A stretch of 64,000 nt of DNA from Octopus sinensis (GCF_006345805.1 NC_043005.1:39556001-39620000); one strand, 5' to 3'. Shown: positions 26,647 through 41,043, counted from the stretch's first letter. Numbers and translations: made by a program. The notes: generated by a model from the sequence alone, not told the origin.

Positions 26647-27415
26647 TTCGAAACTGAATCTTTCAATTCTCCACGGACATACTACTGATCCAAACGTCAA
26701 AAGGAACCGTGTTAAATGGGTGTTCCACTTGGCCTGTGGCCTTTTCAGTGCCATTACAAGTTCACTCTCACATAATGAGTGACCTGGATTCGGTAAAGCT
26801 ATCCTTCTATATGATAGTGTTTTGTTTGTTTGTCCGTCAAAATGAAAGTAGAGACAGCAAAAACTGTATAAATTGTTTCAACTTGGTCCAGATTCGAGAC
26901 TGAACCATTAAATTCTCCTTGGGGATACGGCCTATTCGAACGTCAATAGAAACCGTGACAAATGGGTATTTCACTTTACATGTGGTCTTTTCAGTGGCAT
27001 TGCATAGTCACCTGGATTCAGCAAAGCTTTTGTTCTATATGATATAGCTAGTTTTCCCGGTTTAGATATAAAAATACAAACTATATTAAGATAGGCAGAG
27101 AGAATCCGACTGCGAAGCGAGATGCACGACACACACACACAGAGAACTTGATAGGGAAACGAAAAGCATCGACACACCCACAAAAAGACAGTTCACGTCG
27201 AAACTGAATCAATTCTCCTTGGGCATACGGCCTATTCAAACGTCAAAAGGAACAATGACAAATGGGCGTTTCACTTCACCTGTAGCCTTTTCAGTGCCAT
27301 CGCGCAGTCACATGGATTCGGTTAAGCTATTGTTCTATATGATATAGCTATTTTCCTAGCTTGTCGGTTCAGATATGAATTTACAAACTTCTTTGAGACA
27401 GGCAGAGTCTATCCA
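26647..27415 (+). repeat. Three diverged internal repeats (about 170-220 bp) inside the Helitron
   Basis: TCGA(A/G)ACTGAA..AACGTCAA..AAATGGG..CTTTTCAGTG..TGGATTC..TTCTATATGATA starting at about 26647, 26893 and 27198. Confidence 0.85.
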
Positions 27416-27423
27416 TTGAAATA

Positions 27424-28290
27424 ATGAAGGAAATTTCCTATGATATGGATGAACTAACCATGTACATAAATGATAATCCTCCCAAGTTTCTATCTGATCA
27501 ACGTCGTACCTGTTTCATTCTCATAGAAAGTATTAACAATAACATAGGAAGACTTTATTTCTTAGCTGCTGCAGGAGATACTGGGAAAACATTGGTAATT
27601 AAACTCCTCCTGGCTACAGTTCGTCAAGAATATAAAATAGCTTTACCAACTGCTACTTCTGGGATTGCAACACCATTACTACCCGGAGGTCGGACTGCCC
27701 ATTCGACATTCAGGTAACCTTTAGATTTATTTAACAGAGAAGATCCAGTTTGTAATATATTTAAACATTCTGGAATGGGGGAACTAATTCAAAGATGTCA
27801 CTTAATTATCTGTGACAAATGTATCATGGCTTTTGAAGCTGTGGGCAAAACATTACGAGACCTTAGAAATTGTAATTCTATGATGGGAAATATAACAGTA
27901 TTATTGTCAGGAGACTTCCAACAAACACTCCCAGTCGTTCCAAGAAGAATAAAAGAAGATCAGCTAAATGCTTCAATAAAGTATTTTGTATTATGGCACC
28001 ATGTGAAAACACTTCAACGTTAGACAAATATGGGATCGAGGATTTCAAGAGATTAATCAGCTGAACTATTTGCAGGATAGCTTTTGAAACTCCGTGATGG
28101 GAGTGTTGTAATTGACGAAGAACAGTTACACTCAATCGAACATGTAATTCAGCTGATTCCGTCGATGATTTGGTGGCTGAAATATTTCCGCATCTTTTTT
28201 ACAATTACAAGTATAGAGATTGGATCTGTGTGCGAACCATCCTGGCTCCAAAAAATGTTGCTGTAAATAGCATTAATATATGCTCTTAAT
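27424..28290 (+). pseudogene. Helitron PIF1-family helicase fragment
   Basis: Walker A-like AAGDTGKT, ATSGIA..LLPGGRTAHSTF, LIICDK (DE motif decayed), LLSGDFQQTLPVV; stops and frameshifts. Confidence 0.93.
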
Positions 28291-28626
28291 GCAACATAAA
28301 TACTTCAATAACTTAATTAGTCATTACTGTCATTACATTCAGGAACGATTACATTACCAAGTTAAATGAAGTGTAGAATATAATTGCCATTAGTGTACTG
28401 ATAAATAAAAGAAAGCATACAACTTACTTATCATTGTCTTATAATAAACAAACAGAAGTTCTTGCATGAAGCTGATATTTTTTCTACTTCAATTATTACA
28501 TGTCTTTCTCTTGTAAAATATACACATACAGGAGGAGTAAATTATATATATATAATAATACTTTGAATGTGGCTCCCGAGAAAGAGTGAAAGTAATTACC
28601 CGATGAACGACAGGTATTGCTGCTAG

Positions 28627-28670
<44 letters not shown>

Positions 28671-28680
28671 CATACACACG

Positions 28681-28762
<82 letters not shown>

Positions 28763-28899
28763 TTAATATTTGAGGGAATAAAATCCAAAACTTACAAGGA
28801 AAAAAATTCAAGTTAGAAATACTAAATCAAATTCCACACAATATTTTATATATACATAAAAAATTAGAAAAAAAAACTTGTATCAATTCAAAATGAACA

Positions 28900-29029
28900 A
28901 TTAAATTACACCATCTAGAAAATTACATATAATAGAAATATTAACATTAATACTTAATCGTTGACATTTAATTGTTATTTTAATGTTAATATTTCTATTA
29001 TATGTAATTTTCTAGATGGTGTAATTTAA

Positions 29030-29030
<1 letters not shown>
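28900..29030. repeat. Perfect 51-bp inverted repeat (29-nt loop) at the end of an AT-rich insertion in (AT)n
   Basis: Arms 28900-28950 and 28980-29030 are exact reverse complements. Confidence 0.92.
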
Positions 29031-29065
<35 letters not shown>

Positions 29066-29297
29066 GTGTGTGCGTGCGTGTATGTGCGTGTGTGGAGAGA
29101 GGTCCTGTCTTTATGGTTACACCTGTCAAAAAGTTTGCGCTGCTTATGTTATGTCCCTTATAGTCTCCTAATTGCATGATTCGAGACAAACACAGATTTA
29201 AACCGATTTCATGGGGGTTCATAGGATCAAGTAAGCTTTTGAAAGTGGTTCCCAGCTTGGCAGCTGTCCCTGACTGAAACTTGTTTGTTTGTTTGTT

Positions 29298-29337
<40 letters not shown>

Positions 29338-29367
29338 TGTGTGGTGTGTGTGTGTGTGTGTGTGTGT

Positions 29368-30040
29368 TAAATAAGATAAGATAAAAAAGGTAAAGCAATG
29401 TGATATTCCTAGGGTTTTATAAATAGCTTGTGTTACAGCTGTTTCAGGAAAATAAATTACATCCCATCATCAGAGACGAGTTAAAAGAGCTGCAATAGAA
29501 GGAATTAGTCAAGTTCATGTTTTTAGGAGTTATTCTGGAAAGGGAAAGTTATACAAGAAATTAGATATAATGCTGAAAGTATAGAAGGAAAATAAAAATA
29601 TATGTTGAATGTTAAAGTTGCTGCTCTGTTATCCAAGAAATGTGATGTGTAAAGGGGCTTCTTGTCTATGATGTGTAAAGTTCGATAAGAATTCATATGT
29701 TGCTATTTCTAATGGATATCTGGCCATTATCCATTTGAACACAACACATTTCTTGGATAACAGAACAACAAATTTAACATCCAGCATGTAATTTTATTAT
29801 ATTTTCCTTCTATAATTTCTGCATTATATCTAATTTCCTGTATATCTATCCCTTTCCAGAATAACATCTAAAGAAAAATTAACTCTACTAATTCCTTCTT
29901 ATTGAAGCTCATTTCACTCAATTCTGATGATAGGATATCATTTATTTCCCTGAAACAGTTGTAAGACCACGTTTCTATTTATAACGTTCTAGGAATATCC
30001 CATTGCCTTGCCCTTGTTATCTCATTTTATTTAACATATA
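29368..30040. mobile_element. Coding-free inverted pLTR pair with an HHR on each arm
   Basis: Diverged arms about 29368-29645 and 29745-30040. HHR(-) 29430-29477 CTGATGA-ggga..ttcc-tGAAA-cagct-GTA; HHR(+) CTGATGA 29924, GAAA 29952, GTA 29961-29963. Confidence 0.85.
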
Positions 30041-30171
30041 CACGCTCACACACAACCAGCCTTAGAATCTACACTCATGCTATTATTGAACTGGGAGCTT
30101 AACAGCGGTCCATTCTTACATAGCCTTACCCTGCCCGCCTTTTGGATCTTCTGGATGACAAAACCTCTCTC

Positions 30172-30209
<38 letters not shown>

Positions 30210-30212
<3 letters not shown>

Positions 30213-31830
30213 TTGGTTTGCAAGATTGTTTATGTGAGTACGTGTGCTGCAGCATATTATGTTGTGTCTGGGGAGAGTCATTCGCTTTTGGTGCCTTATA
30301 ATTTAATAAACACGCCGGTAAAATTTCGACTTTTTTTTTTTTTTTTTTTTCTTAAATGCTCGTTGAGTTTTGCCACCTTTTCAATAGTTTTGAAACTCAA
30401 AACAATTGAAAAGGTTGCTAGATGCTTTTCCCGGTAAGTGTGTTAAATTATAAGGCACCAAAAGAGGCCGGCTCTCCCCAGACACAACAGCATATGATGG
30501 AACAAAAACGCAATAGAGGACAATAAAACATCCGGACATATAGACGATACAAAGGCGGATAGGAAACACAACATTTAGAGAGATAAGAAAAAAACGAATG
30601 ATTAATTGTGGACTTCTTTAGAAAGTCTAACTACCTGACGCTCTTACAGTTTCGAGCAGTTACATTTGATATGGTTGCCCTCCCCCCCCCCAAAAAAAAA
30701 TTTGAACCTTAGAGCATTGGATTTTTGTAAGAAAGCTAGCGAATATGTACAACAAAGACAAAAACGGAGAACATGGCAGACAATTACAAATACAAACAAG
30801 AATATAACAAGTGTCTTTCGACTGAGCACGAATTAAATTGAGCTGGCGTGTATGAAGTGAGACTTTTCAATCTGGTTGACCCCAATAAAATATAAGCGAA
30901 GAACATTAAATTTTTGTAAGAAAACCAGTGAATGTATATGACAACAAAGAAAAAACGGAGAATATGAGGATATGGTACACAATTACACATACAAAAAACA
31001 AGAATATAACAACAGGTGTTTTTCGACTGAGAACAAATCAAATTAAGCTGGTGTGTATAAAGTGAAAGCCCTCGAACAGTCTCAAGCGTAACTGCCCGAA
31101 ATTGTAAAGCATCTGGTAACTTGACTGACGAACGATGGCCACGAATAACACACCCTTTTTTCCTGTCCTAATTGTTGTATTTCCTGTTCACCTTTCTATC
31201 GTCTATCTGTCCAGATGTTTTTTTGTCTATTGCATTTTTGCTCCATTTTTTCGTATTTTCTTTTTCTCGCTCTCCCTCTCTCATATTTCTTGACACTCTC
31301 TTTAACTCCCACTTTTCTCCTCTTAGATTTTCCTTTGTCTCTTTGATTTTTAAAATCCTTCAGTCCCGCTGCTCACTATCCTTCTCACCTAATCATTCTT
31401 TATTGGCCTGACTGCTGACCACTAACACCTCTTATGTCCATCTCCTATGTTCTTGCCTTGAGGTTTTCACTTTATACACGTCAGCTTAATTTGATTCGTC
31501 CTCAGTCAAAATACACCTGTTGTTATATTCTTGTTGTCTGTATTTGTAATTGTGTACCATGTTCTCCGTTTTTTGTCTTTGTTGGCGTACACATTTGCCA
31601 GTTTCCTTACAAGAAATCTAATGCTCTTAGCTTAGAAGTTTTGTAGGGCAACCAGATCGAACAGTCTCAAGTTTAACTGCCCGAAACTGTAAGGATATTT
31701 GTTAACTTTACTGAAGAAAGAAGGCCAAGAATCACTCGTCCTTTTTTCCTATCCGTCTAATTCTTCGTTTTCCTATCCGCCTTTGTATCGTCTACCTGTC
31801 CGGATGTTTTGTTGTCATCTCTCTCTCTCT
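30210..31830. mobile_element. Nested inverted and tandem arrangement of one repeat family (PLE-terminus-like) between (AT)n tracts
   Basis: 30240-30320 inverted to 30430-30497; 30520-30570 inverted to 31769-31816; 30640-30870 and 30870-31070 tandem, both inverted to about 31460-31700. Confidence 0.75.
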
Positions 31831-31833
31831 CAG

Positions 31834-31890
<57 letters not shown>

Positions 31891-32320
31891 ATGTATATAA
31901 TATATATATATATATATAATATATATATATATATGTATATGTATATGTATATGTATGTATATATATATATATATATATACGTATCTATGTATGTATCTAT
32001 GAATTTATGTATGTATGTATACATATATGTATGAATGTGTACATATATGTACGAATGCATGTATGTATTTATGTATTATACACAAGTGAATGGACAAGGG
32101 AAAGAAAGTGGTAATCTATACATTTAGTAAAATTTACATATATTATTATTATTATAAGCTTCAAATTTTGGCACAAGGCCAGCAATTTCAGGGTAAGTGG
32201 TTAGTCGATTTTCATTTTTATTTTTACATTCAATTTCCTATTTACTTATATAATCCTTATTTGCTTCCTTTTCCTCATATTGAATTCTAATATTTCCCTC
32301 TATTTAAACATCTCACATCG

Positions 32321-32366
32321 TCTCTGATGAAGCGATATCCCTAACGTCGCAGAAACAGCTGAAAAA
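32321..32366 (+). ncRNA. Degenerate type-I HHR in a solo pLTR fragment (about 32210-32435)
   Basis: CTGATGA 32324, stem II gcgat/gtcgc, GAAA 32352, cagct, then GAA instead of GTA; downstream sequence resembles 29965-30040. Confidence 0.65.
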
Positions 32367-32804
32367 CTTTCTCTTTATAAATGTCCTGAAAATTCCACAC
32401 AGACTTGGGTTTGTTGTCTCATTTTGTTTAACATGTTTGTGTGTGTGTGTGTGTGGTTAGTTGATCATATATCAGAACACAAAGCATACTCTAAAAGTTA
32501 GAACTGTAGTGTATTTACATGAAGTTAAATCTATGTCCAGTTATAGAGTTCCTAAAAATTTCACATCCGTAAAACACTTAGCTATATAGATGACTCATCA
32601 AACTTAAATGGCCACCGACATATAACCTCTCAATAAATTGGAGGTAGAAAATTTGTAAACAACATCGACGATAGCTCCAAAAGCAGCAGCGACAAAAAGT
32701 TTCAGAGCCAACGGAAGACATACTAGCGGCGAGAACACAACCAGCACTCAAGCTCAATTTCTGAGATACATAAGTTAGACCTGAAATGCCTTTAAGATAT
32801 ATAT

Positions 32805-32879
32805 ACATACATACATACATTCATACATACATACATACATACATACATACATACATACATACATACATACATACATACA

Positions 32880-32908
<29 letters not shown>
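32805..32908. repeat. (ACAT)n microsatellite
   Basis: Direct reading. Confidence 0.97.
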
Positions 32909-32910
<2 letters not shown>

Positions 32911-33519
32911 TCATATTTGGTCTCATGGATATGAAATATACTTGTATTAGGATATAATTCATATATTATCTCCTAATACTATGTGTATACACACATATAA
33001 TTTGTGATGTTCGCGTTGTACGTGTGTGTGTTTATTTGTTTGCTTGTTTTTGAGTGTGTGTGTGTGTTACAGAAAATAAAAAATCTTTTAAAAGTGAATG
33101 AGAAAGAAATATAACAACATATGAAAAAAGATTGATTGTAAGTAAAAGAGAGAGGGGGTGATAAAGAAGAAGAAAAGAGAAATATAGAGCGAGAGGGGAG
33201 AAAGAAGGAAAGCGGGGAGGAGGAGGAAGGTGAGAGAGAATTGGCGTTGGTGTAGGTTGGGCTCGAGACTGAAGAATATTGGAGAGAAAGCAGAAATGTA
33301 TCGGATGTATAAGGAAGAAGCAAAGAGGTGACCCAATGAAAGAAGCCAGAGGGAGAAGAAGGATAGCTGTAACAACAAGGTTCAATTATCGATTAATTAC
33401 GTCAAACATAATCAATATAGAAACTAATGAATAATAATTAGATGGCTTGCTTTTCTGACTGTTGAAAAATATAAACTAAAATTGATGGAATAAGTAGAGG
33501 ACGTCGAAGACAAAGTGGT

Positions 33520-33575
<56 letters not shown>

Positions 33576-33593
33576 ATGGTAGTAGTAGTAATG

Positions 33594-33627
<34 letters not shown>

Positions 33628-33660
33628 CAGCAGCAGCAGCAACAGCAACAACAATAGCAG
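33520..33660. repeat. (AGT)n/(AGC)n trinucleotide repeat
   Basis: Direct reading. Confidence 0.96.
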
Positions 33661-33719
33661 TGGTACCAACAATTGTAGTAGCACCAGCAATATGGATATT
33701 ATTGCTATAATTATTATTA

Positions 33720-33875
33720 TTTCTTCCGTCCTTTCATTCTGAGTTCAAATTCTGCTGAGGTTGACTTTGCCTTTCATCCTTTCTGGGTCGATAAAATAAG
33801 TACCAGTTACGTACTGAAGTCGATGTAATTGACTAGTCCCCCTCGCCTCAGATTTCAGGCTTTGTGTCTTGAATA
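33720..33875 (+). mobile_element. 5'-truncated SINE family B
   Basis: TTCTGAGTTCAAATTC..GACTTTGCCTTTCATCCTTTC..GTCGATAAAATAAGTACCAGT. Confidence 0.85.
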
Positions 33876-33924
33876 TGATAAGGAGTATTATTGTTGTTGT
33901 TGTTGTTTTTGTTGTTGTTGTTGT

Positions 33925-33956
<32 letters not shown>

Positions 33957-35246
33957 ACAAACAAATGAATAGAGAAGAACAAGATGAGATGTCGATGATG
34001 ATGACCGAGAAAAGAATGATGAATAAGGAGAAGCAAGCATTATAAATAGACACATGAAACTATGTTAACAATTTCATCGACTGAAAGCGGGCTTCGATTC
34101 AACATGGGAGTTTCATCGATTCCACATAGCCGCCATTTAATTCTCCTTTCTCGTGTGTATGAATTTGTGTGCCCGTGTGTTTGTGTGTGTGTGAGTGTGT
34201 ATATATATGTATATATTCATGCCCATTGGTGTCTGTGTGTATGTTTGTGCGTTCCTGTGTATGCGCATACATTTTATTTATTTATATATAATTCTATATA
34301 TGTTTGATTTTGTGTGTCTGTATATTTTTCTGTACCTGAATGCGTGTATGTCTGTATCATTGAATGTGAATGCGAAAATGTGTAAGTGGATGTTAGTGGC
34401 CTAATATATGTATATGTGTTGGTTTCTTTGTGTATATTTTTTGTGTTCCTCTCTGTATGTATGCATTTTACATATTTATGTTTATTTTTACGTATTGTGT
34501 TGATGTATTTCTCTGTCTAAATGCCTGTAAGTTCGTATCAGTCTCTGCGAATGTGTGTGCGCATTTGTACGTGTATGTGTATGTATGTATGTATGTATAT
34601 ATGTATGTATATATGTATGTATGTATACATATCTGTGTTTGTGTGTATGTGTACATCATTGACAAAATTGAACACAACCGAAACATAAACGGAATTTGAT
34701 TAACGTATAAAATACACGAAAACAGAGATGGTGAGTTGGTGAGAAGGGAGAGTAAGACAGAGAGAGGGAGAGTAGGAAAGGCTGAGATCGAGGCTAAGCA
34801 ATCAAATACGAAAGAGCAAGATATTGTTATATGCTTATTATATCATTCGACCTTCCTACAATTCACACACACACACATACTCACACATGCGCACATTTTA
34901 TCCTATTCACATATACACACGCTCAAACGCGTATACATGCGTCCATTCATACACGCACACACGGACGTTAGCACACAATGGATAATAATAAGGTAGGCTT
35001 CTATACAATTTCACGGAACCAGTGAAAATGTTTCCGATGTTTTAACAATTCCCTTCAGTTCGATCTTTCTACAACTTTACAACGTATGCATGTGGTTAGT
35101 TCTATGGCAAAAGTAATTCAATTGTCTTTTAGTTCGATACGAACCTGTATTTTTCAAATTATTCGATCTCTCGTTATGCAGCTATTTTCTATATTCATCT
35201 TTGTAACAGGTTTTGTCTTTAAGTTCTTTTACATATTTTTGTATCA

Positions 35247-35257
35247 TTCTTCTTCTT

Positions 35258-35288
<31 letters not shown>

Positions 35289-35291
35289 TTA

Positions 35292-35341
<50 letters not shown>

Positions 35342-35374
35342 CGATGATTATTACTACTGTTACATTTATTATTA

Positions 35375-35459
<85 letters not shown>

Positions 35460-35505
35460 CATTATTATTATTATTATATTCATTTATTTATTTATTTATT
35501 TATTT
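35247..35505. repeat. (TCT)n/(ATT)n repeat
   Basis: Direct reading. Confidence 0.97.
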
Positions 35506-35603
35506 TATACACGTATTCATCTAGTTATTAATGTATGGGACTTTACAGTTTTTCGCATGCTTTTATTCTTCTCTTGTTTCCCAACTTCTTACATTTTTTA
35601 AAT

Positions 35604-35637
<34 letters not shown>

Positions 35638-35771
35638 TGTGTTCGTACTTATATATACACATACATACACACATGTATACATGTAAATATAAATATACAT
35701 ATACATATTTAAATATGTATATACATATTCATACATGCATACATGTGTGCGTATGTTATTACGTATATGTG

Positions 35772-35860
<89 letters not shown>

Positions 35861-36871
35861 TACGTAATGCCGATGATTTTGAATATATATATATATATAT
35901 GTATATGTGTGTGTGTGTGTGTATGTATGTATATATATATATGTTATGTTGTGAGTGTGAATCTATGCAGGTATTGATGTGCTTAAGCAGATACATTGGT
36001 GCCTACTTTAAGGTGTATATAAATATATTCTCTTAATATAGGTATAAATGTAACTCATTCTTACTTGCCATATATTGTTTCCCAATGGCGTTTGTTTTAT
36101 GATCAACTATTTTCTAATTAGTTAAAGAGTATATTCATTGAATAAATGCCTCACATAACATTTATAAGGCCGATGGGCGTCTATTTATCATAGAAATATT
36201 ATTCTGTTGAGGTTACTTCTACAGATATTCTATAGAAATATCTCCGAGCTATTTTAAGCTTTTTTTCACCCAAGTTAATATTTAAAGGGTAAATTTGACA
36301 AGACACTTGTTGACGCTACATCGAAGAGGCCAGGGAACAGAAGAAAGGAGAAAGAAGACATGCACTCAAAACCAGAGCTGAAGACATCTCCGAAAGGAAG
36401 GAGATCTGCCACGTCGAAATGGTAGAGGAGTAGGAGCCGAAACCGGACGTGGTTCCTCCTGATGATGTCTTGAGCTAACTGGATCCTATAAAGGAGCTGT
36501 TGTGGTAGCAGACCACGAAACATGGTTGAAATTCCTCAGACAACTGGGCAAGGCACTTAATTTTTCGATTATATATAAATGCGTTTGCTTTGTTCAATTC
36601 TATGTTCTGATCATTTTATTTTTATTCCCTCGTAGCCGACTGCTGTTCAGTGTTAGAATTCACAGGAAGCTTTCATTTTGTATCAGCTAAAGAGTCAACT
36701 AGTCGAAGAATCATATACATATCACAGAAGCTTGCAGAATATTATATATATGATTGTTTCCTGCAAGTGAAAATATTTGAGATTCATTTATTTTCTTTAT
36801 GTTTTAAAGAGATATTGCCTATAACACTAACTAATTTCTAAAATATTATACAGCAAAGTATTGAATAAAGG

Positions 36872-37129
36872 ATGGAGGCGCATGGCTTAGTGGTTAGTGT
36901 ATTGAAATCATGGTCGCAAGATTGTAATTTCGATTTCTGGGCCTAGTGATGCGTTGTGATCTTGGGCAATCACTTCATTTCACGTTGTTCCAGTCCATTC
37001 ACCTGGTAAAAATGAGTAATACTGCGACGGACCAGCGTCCTATCTAAATGGAGATTGTATATATACCACAGAAACCAGAAACTCGGCACTATGAGTCAAA
37101 ATGACTCGGGAAATATCTTTATCCTTTTA
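36872..37129 (+). mobile_element. SINE family A variant (diverged) with 13-bp TSD
   Basis: GGAGGCGCATGGCTTAGTGGTTAG head; GCGACGGACCAGCGTCC module; TSD TATTGAATAAAGG at 36859-36871 and 37130-37142. Confidence 0.85.
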
Positions 37130-37225
37130 TATTGAATAAAGGTCACTTGACACAAAGTTATATTAAATTTGCGGAGTTCATACATGACTGGTTATGACGC
37201 AGACACACACAAACACACTCACATG

Positions 37226-37293
<68 letters not shown>

Positions 37294-37446
37294 TACATAC
37301 ATACACCGGTAAGGACACCGTATTTCGTTTTGCAAATATATTATGGTTTATATGTCAATACTGTGTCTTTTGGGGGTTATCACTGCGTAAATTTAGAGCC
37401 AGCACTGAAGATAATCTTCAATATATATGTATGTATGTATGTATAC

Positions 37447-37500
<54 letters not shown>

Positions 37501-37982
37501 ACTAATAGTGTATTTTCATATTCTTCATGTTTTGCCTGTCCCCGAAGGCTAAGACATGTCTGTACATTCTTGTGTTTCTTTTGTCTCAACTCAACAGTAT
37601 CCACAATTTCCATAACAACAGTATCTGATGTGCATTTACGCCCCAGACTAGTGATTCTCTCCTAAGTCTTCGAAACTGCGAAAATCCATAGACAATCTAT
37701 GACAGCGTATGACAGTTTATGAGGGATATTTATTATTTCCTTCTGTAATCTATTCTCATTGTTTGTGTCTAATTTTAGATACACACACAAATGTACGTAT
37801 ATATACACATTCCTAAATATATACACATTTATATAAGATTGGCCTCTTTCAGTCTCTGTTTACCAAGTCCACTCACAACGCTATAGTAGATGACAGCTAC
37901 CCAAGGTGCCACGCAGTGGGACTGAACCAGGAATAATGTGGTTGGGAAGCAAGCTTCTTCCCACACAGTCACGCCTGCGCCT

Positions 37983-38024
<42 letters not shown>

Positions 38025-38887
38025 ATATATAATATATATTATATATAATATTTTATATATACCATACGTGTGTGTATGTGTATATATGAGTATATCTATA
38101 TATATATATATATAAGTATATATGTATATGTGTGAGTATATATATATATATGGTTGTGGTGTGTGCATACATCATATATATATATATATATATAATGCAT
38201 ATATATATATATATATTATATATAATATATGCATATATATGTATATATGTGTGTGTACGTATGTATGTATATATGTATGTATGTGTGTATATGATTCCAC
38301 TTTCAAGGTATTGATCAACCCACAGTTTTAGTAGTGTCCAAGATGTCACGAAGAAATGGTTGGAACCCGGAACATCGTACTTGTGCCACGACTGTCTTAA
38401 CTATATTGTTAGTTATATATTTATACAAAGATCTGTTCCTACTTTGAGTCTCTTCCACACCACGATGTATAAAATATTTTTTTTTATAACAAATAAATTT
38501 TTTTACAACAAATATCTCGTTCTTTTTCTTTTCTTTTGTTCACCCGAAACACGCGTGTACATGCCTGCATACACTAACAACAATCATTGTTACTTATATC
38601 TATATATACATAAATACAAGTTTGTATACATATAAAGGCACATACATATATACATATATGTGTACATACGAATCTACATACATGCACATGCACATATACG
38701 GACACACTCATACATGGATGTGTGCATGTATTCCTCTTATGTAATCTATCATTTAATACCTGATAATCTTTTTTAGTTTCATTTTACATTTTACATTTAC
38801 TCCCTCCGCACACTGTCTTTTTACATCTACCGTTCTATTATTCACCAAAACTCTAATCTCCTTTATATATATATATATATATATATA

Positions 38888-38925
<38 letters not shown>

Positions 38926-39877
38926 CTCCTGTTTTCCTACTTTCTTAATTTCTCTTTTTTTTCCGATAACACATTTTTTAATCTATTTTTTCTGTTTTTT
39001 CTTTGTGGTTGTGGCGGGGGGGGGGTCTTCATTTTTTTCTGTATAAAATATCTTCATTTCCTTTCAACTCGCTCTGCCCATCCAGTTTTAGTTCTTTTTT
39101 ATTTATCCATCATTCATTTCATTCCATCAGTTCTCTCTCCCTATCTTGATATTGATATATCTATTTATCCCCCTACACGTCCTTCCATCTCACGTATCCA
39201 TCTTCTAATCTCCCCTACCACCCTGGGTACAAACCAATCTATCAATCTCTTCAACTATCGGCCAACCAATATATTAATCTGCCCGTCAACTCATTCCCCT
39301 ACCCATCAATCTTACACTTCATTTGCCCATCCATCCATCAACTTCCCAGCTCCCCATCCCTTCCTAATCCAGCTACCAGCCGAACAACTTTCTACATACA
39401 CCTTATCCCACAATCTATCAACCTGTTAGTCTGTCAACTCACCCCCTGAACGACCCCACCATCCTTCCAAACTTGTACTTAAATTAAATATGAAAATATA
39501 CTTAATACTTCCAGTCTCAAAAGGCTATTCTATTACTGGTTCTTAGCCCCTGTTTCATGGTAAATATAGACGAGAGGTCAGTCTCACCCTTTCATTGGAG
39601 CTGCCAATCAAATATAACATTTTTACGAACTGATACCCAAAGTTACTCTTCTGGAATCTTGATCTTTTACGTTCAAATTCTCGGCAACGAAATGGCAGAA
39701 TCGCTTGTGCGCTGGGCAGCAATACCTCGCGTTATTTGTTCCGACACTTTTGTACTGTGGGTTCAAGTCTCCCTGGGGGTCACCTTTGCCTTTCATCCAT
39801 TCCGGATCCATTAAAAATATCAATTCAAAGTGGTAGGTTAGCCGAACTATTTGAGGGAGAAACAAGATGCTTTACGG

Positions 39878-41043
39878 CAGGCATATCAAATTCCCGGCCC
39901 GCACGGACGGCTGCCCCCTCCCTCCGAACGCATTGACGTCCTCGGATCTGGGTTTGACTACAGGCAGTTATACTATTATTCAGAGGCTCAGATTCGCAGA
40001 ATTTTCCATCAGCGAGCCAGCAATTGGATAATCTGCAGCTCCACATGTTTCGTACATCAAATGTTACAGATGTTTGCACATGACAGAATACGAGTCGATT
40101 TTCCTTTCCTCCCTTCGTTATTCGTTAAATTCTCGTCTGGTGGACGGAGTTAAGGGAGCGCATTCAAGCCCTGCATTGCATGAATCCTGAGATTCCTGCC
40201 CTAGTCCGCTGCATTTCCAGTGAACATTTAGTTCATTTTCCTAAGTATAAAGAGCTGGAAAAGAGTGCTAATACTGAGTCTGTACTTAGCTTTCCCAAGT
40301 ATGACAGTCACTTGGAATTATTGTCAGAGGAATTTCTGGAAAGAAAAGATTTCGTGATTTCTCATCTTTTGAATATCCGTTTGCATTATTCTCAGCACCA
40401 TTTACCTTTACTATTGCTAAGACAGAAGAAAACCTGTAGATGGAACTATTAGAAATGCAGTCGGACTCTTCACTCAGAGCAAAGAATTTTGAAGTGGGGA
40501 TACCTAGTTTCTTTTCACACCTTCTTGAAAACTTAAAAACATCAGAAAGTTTGCTACAAGGATTATGGCAACGGTTGGTTCTACTTATGTGTGCGAAGTT
40601 ATTTTCCCTCATGAAATCAACAAAAACTTCTCAGGGAACAAGGCTGACTGATCAATAATTGCCATTTCTGATCAAACTCGAAACTGCACAGACATTTCAA
40701 CCAGATATACCAAACATTGTCAGCAAAAAGAGGTGTCAAACGTCTAGACAAAACAATAAAAGTGTTTGAATAGTCATAAATAAATGTTTATTTTGAACTA
40801 TTGTAATTTTTGTACACTGTTTTAGTTGCTGTTGCATTCAAATTTATGTTGCCGTTTAAAATTTCGTTTTTTTTTTCTTTTGTTAAACTTCATTATTTTG
40901 CATTCTTGAATGTGGTAAAACCATAGTATGTTTCTAAGTTTAAGTAAGAAAAATATTCTGCAATAATCATTATTAAATGGCTTCAATTATAATTGAAGCT
41001 AGTGTGGCCCTCATGACATCACAAATGTGACCCATATGACCTG
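39878..41043 (+). mobile_element. Charlie/GTF2IRD2-type hAT deletion derivative with 8-bp TSD, inserted into a SINE-B head
   Basis: Ends CAGGCATAT../..ATATGACCTG; TSD CTTTACGG 39870-39877 and CCTTACGG 41044-41051; MELLEMQSD..RIMATVGSTYVCE.LFSLMK..TRLTD..PDI..KRCQTS dimerisation-domain remnant. Confidence 0.88.

Larger units (their letters stand above)
26555..28626 (+). mobile_element. Non-autonomous Helitron with both termini
   Basis: A|TCTACATATATAAAA..(CTGT)n 5' end; imperfect subterminal hairpin at about 28596-28615 then CTAG|T; inserted between A and T; carries a PIF1 helicase remnant. Confidence 0.88.
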
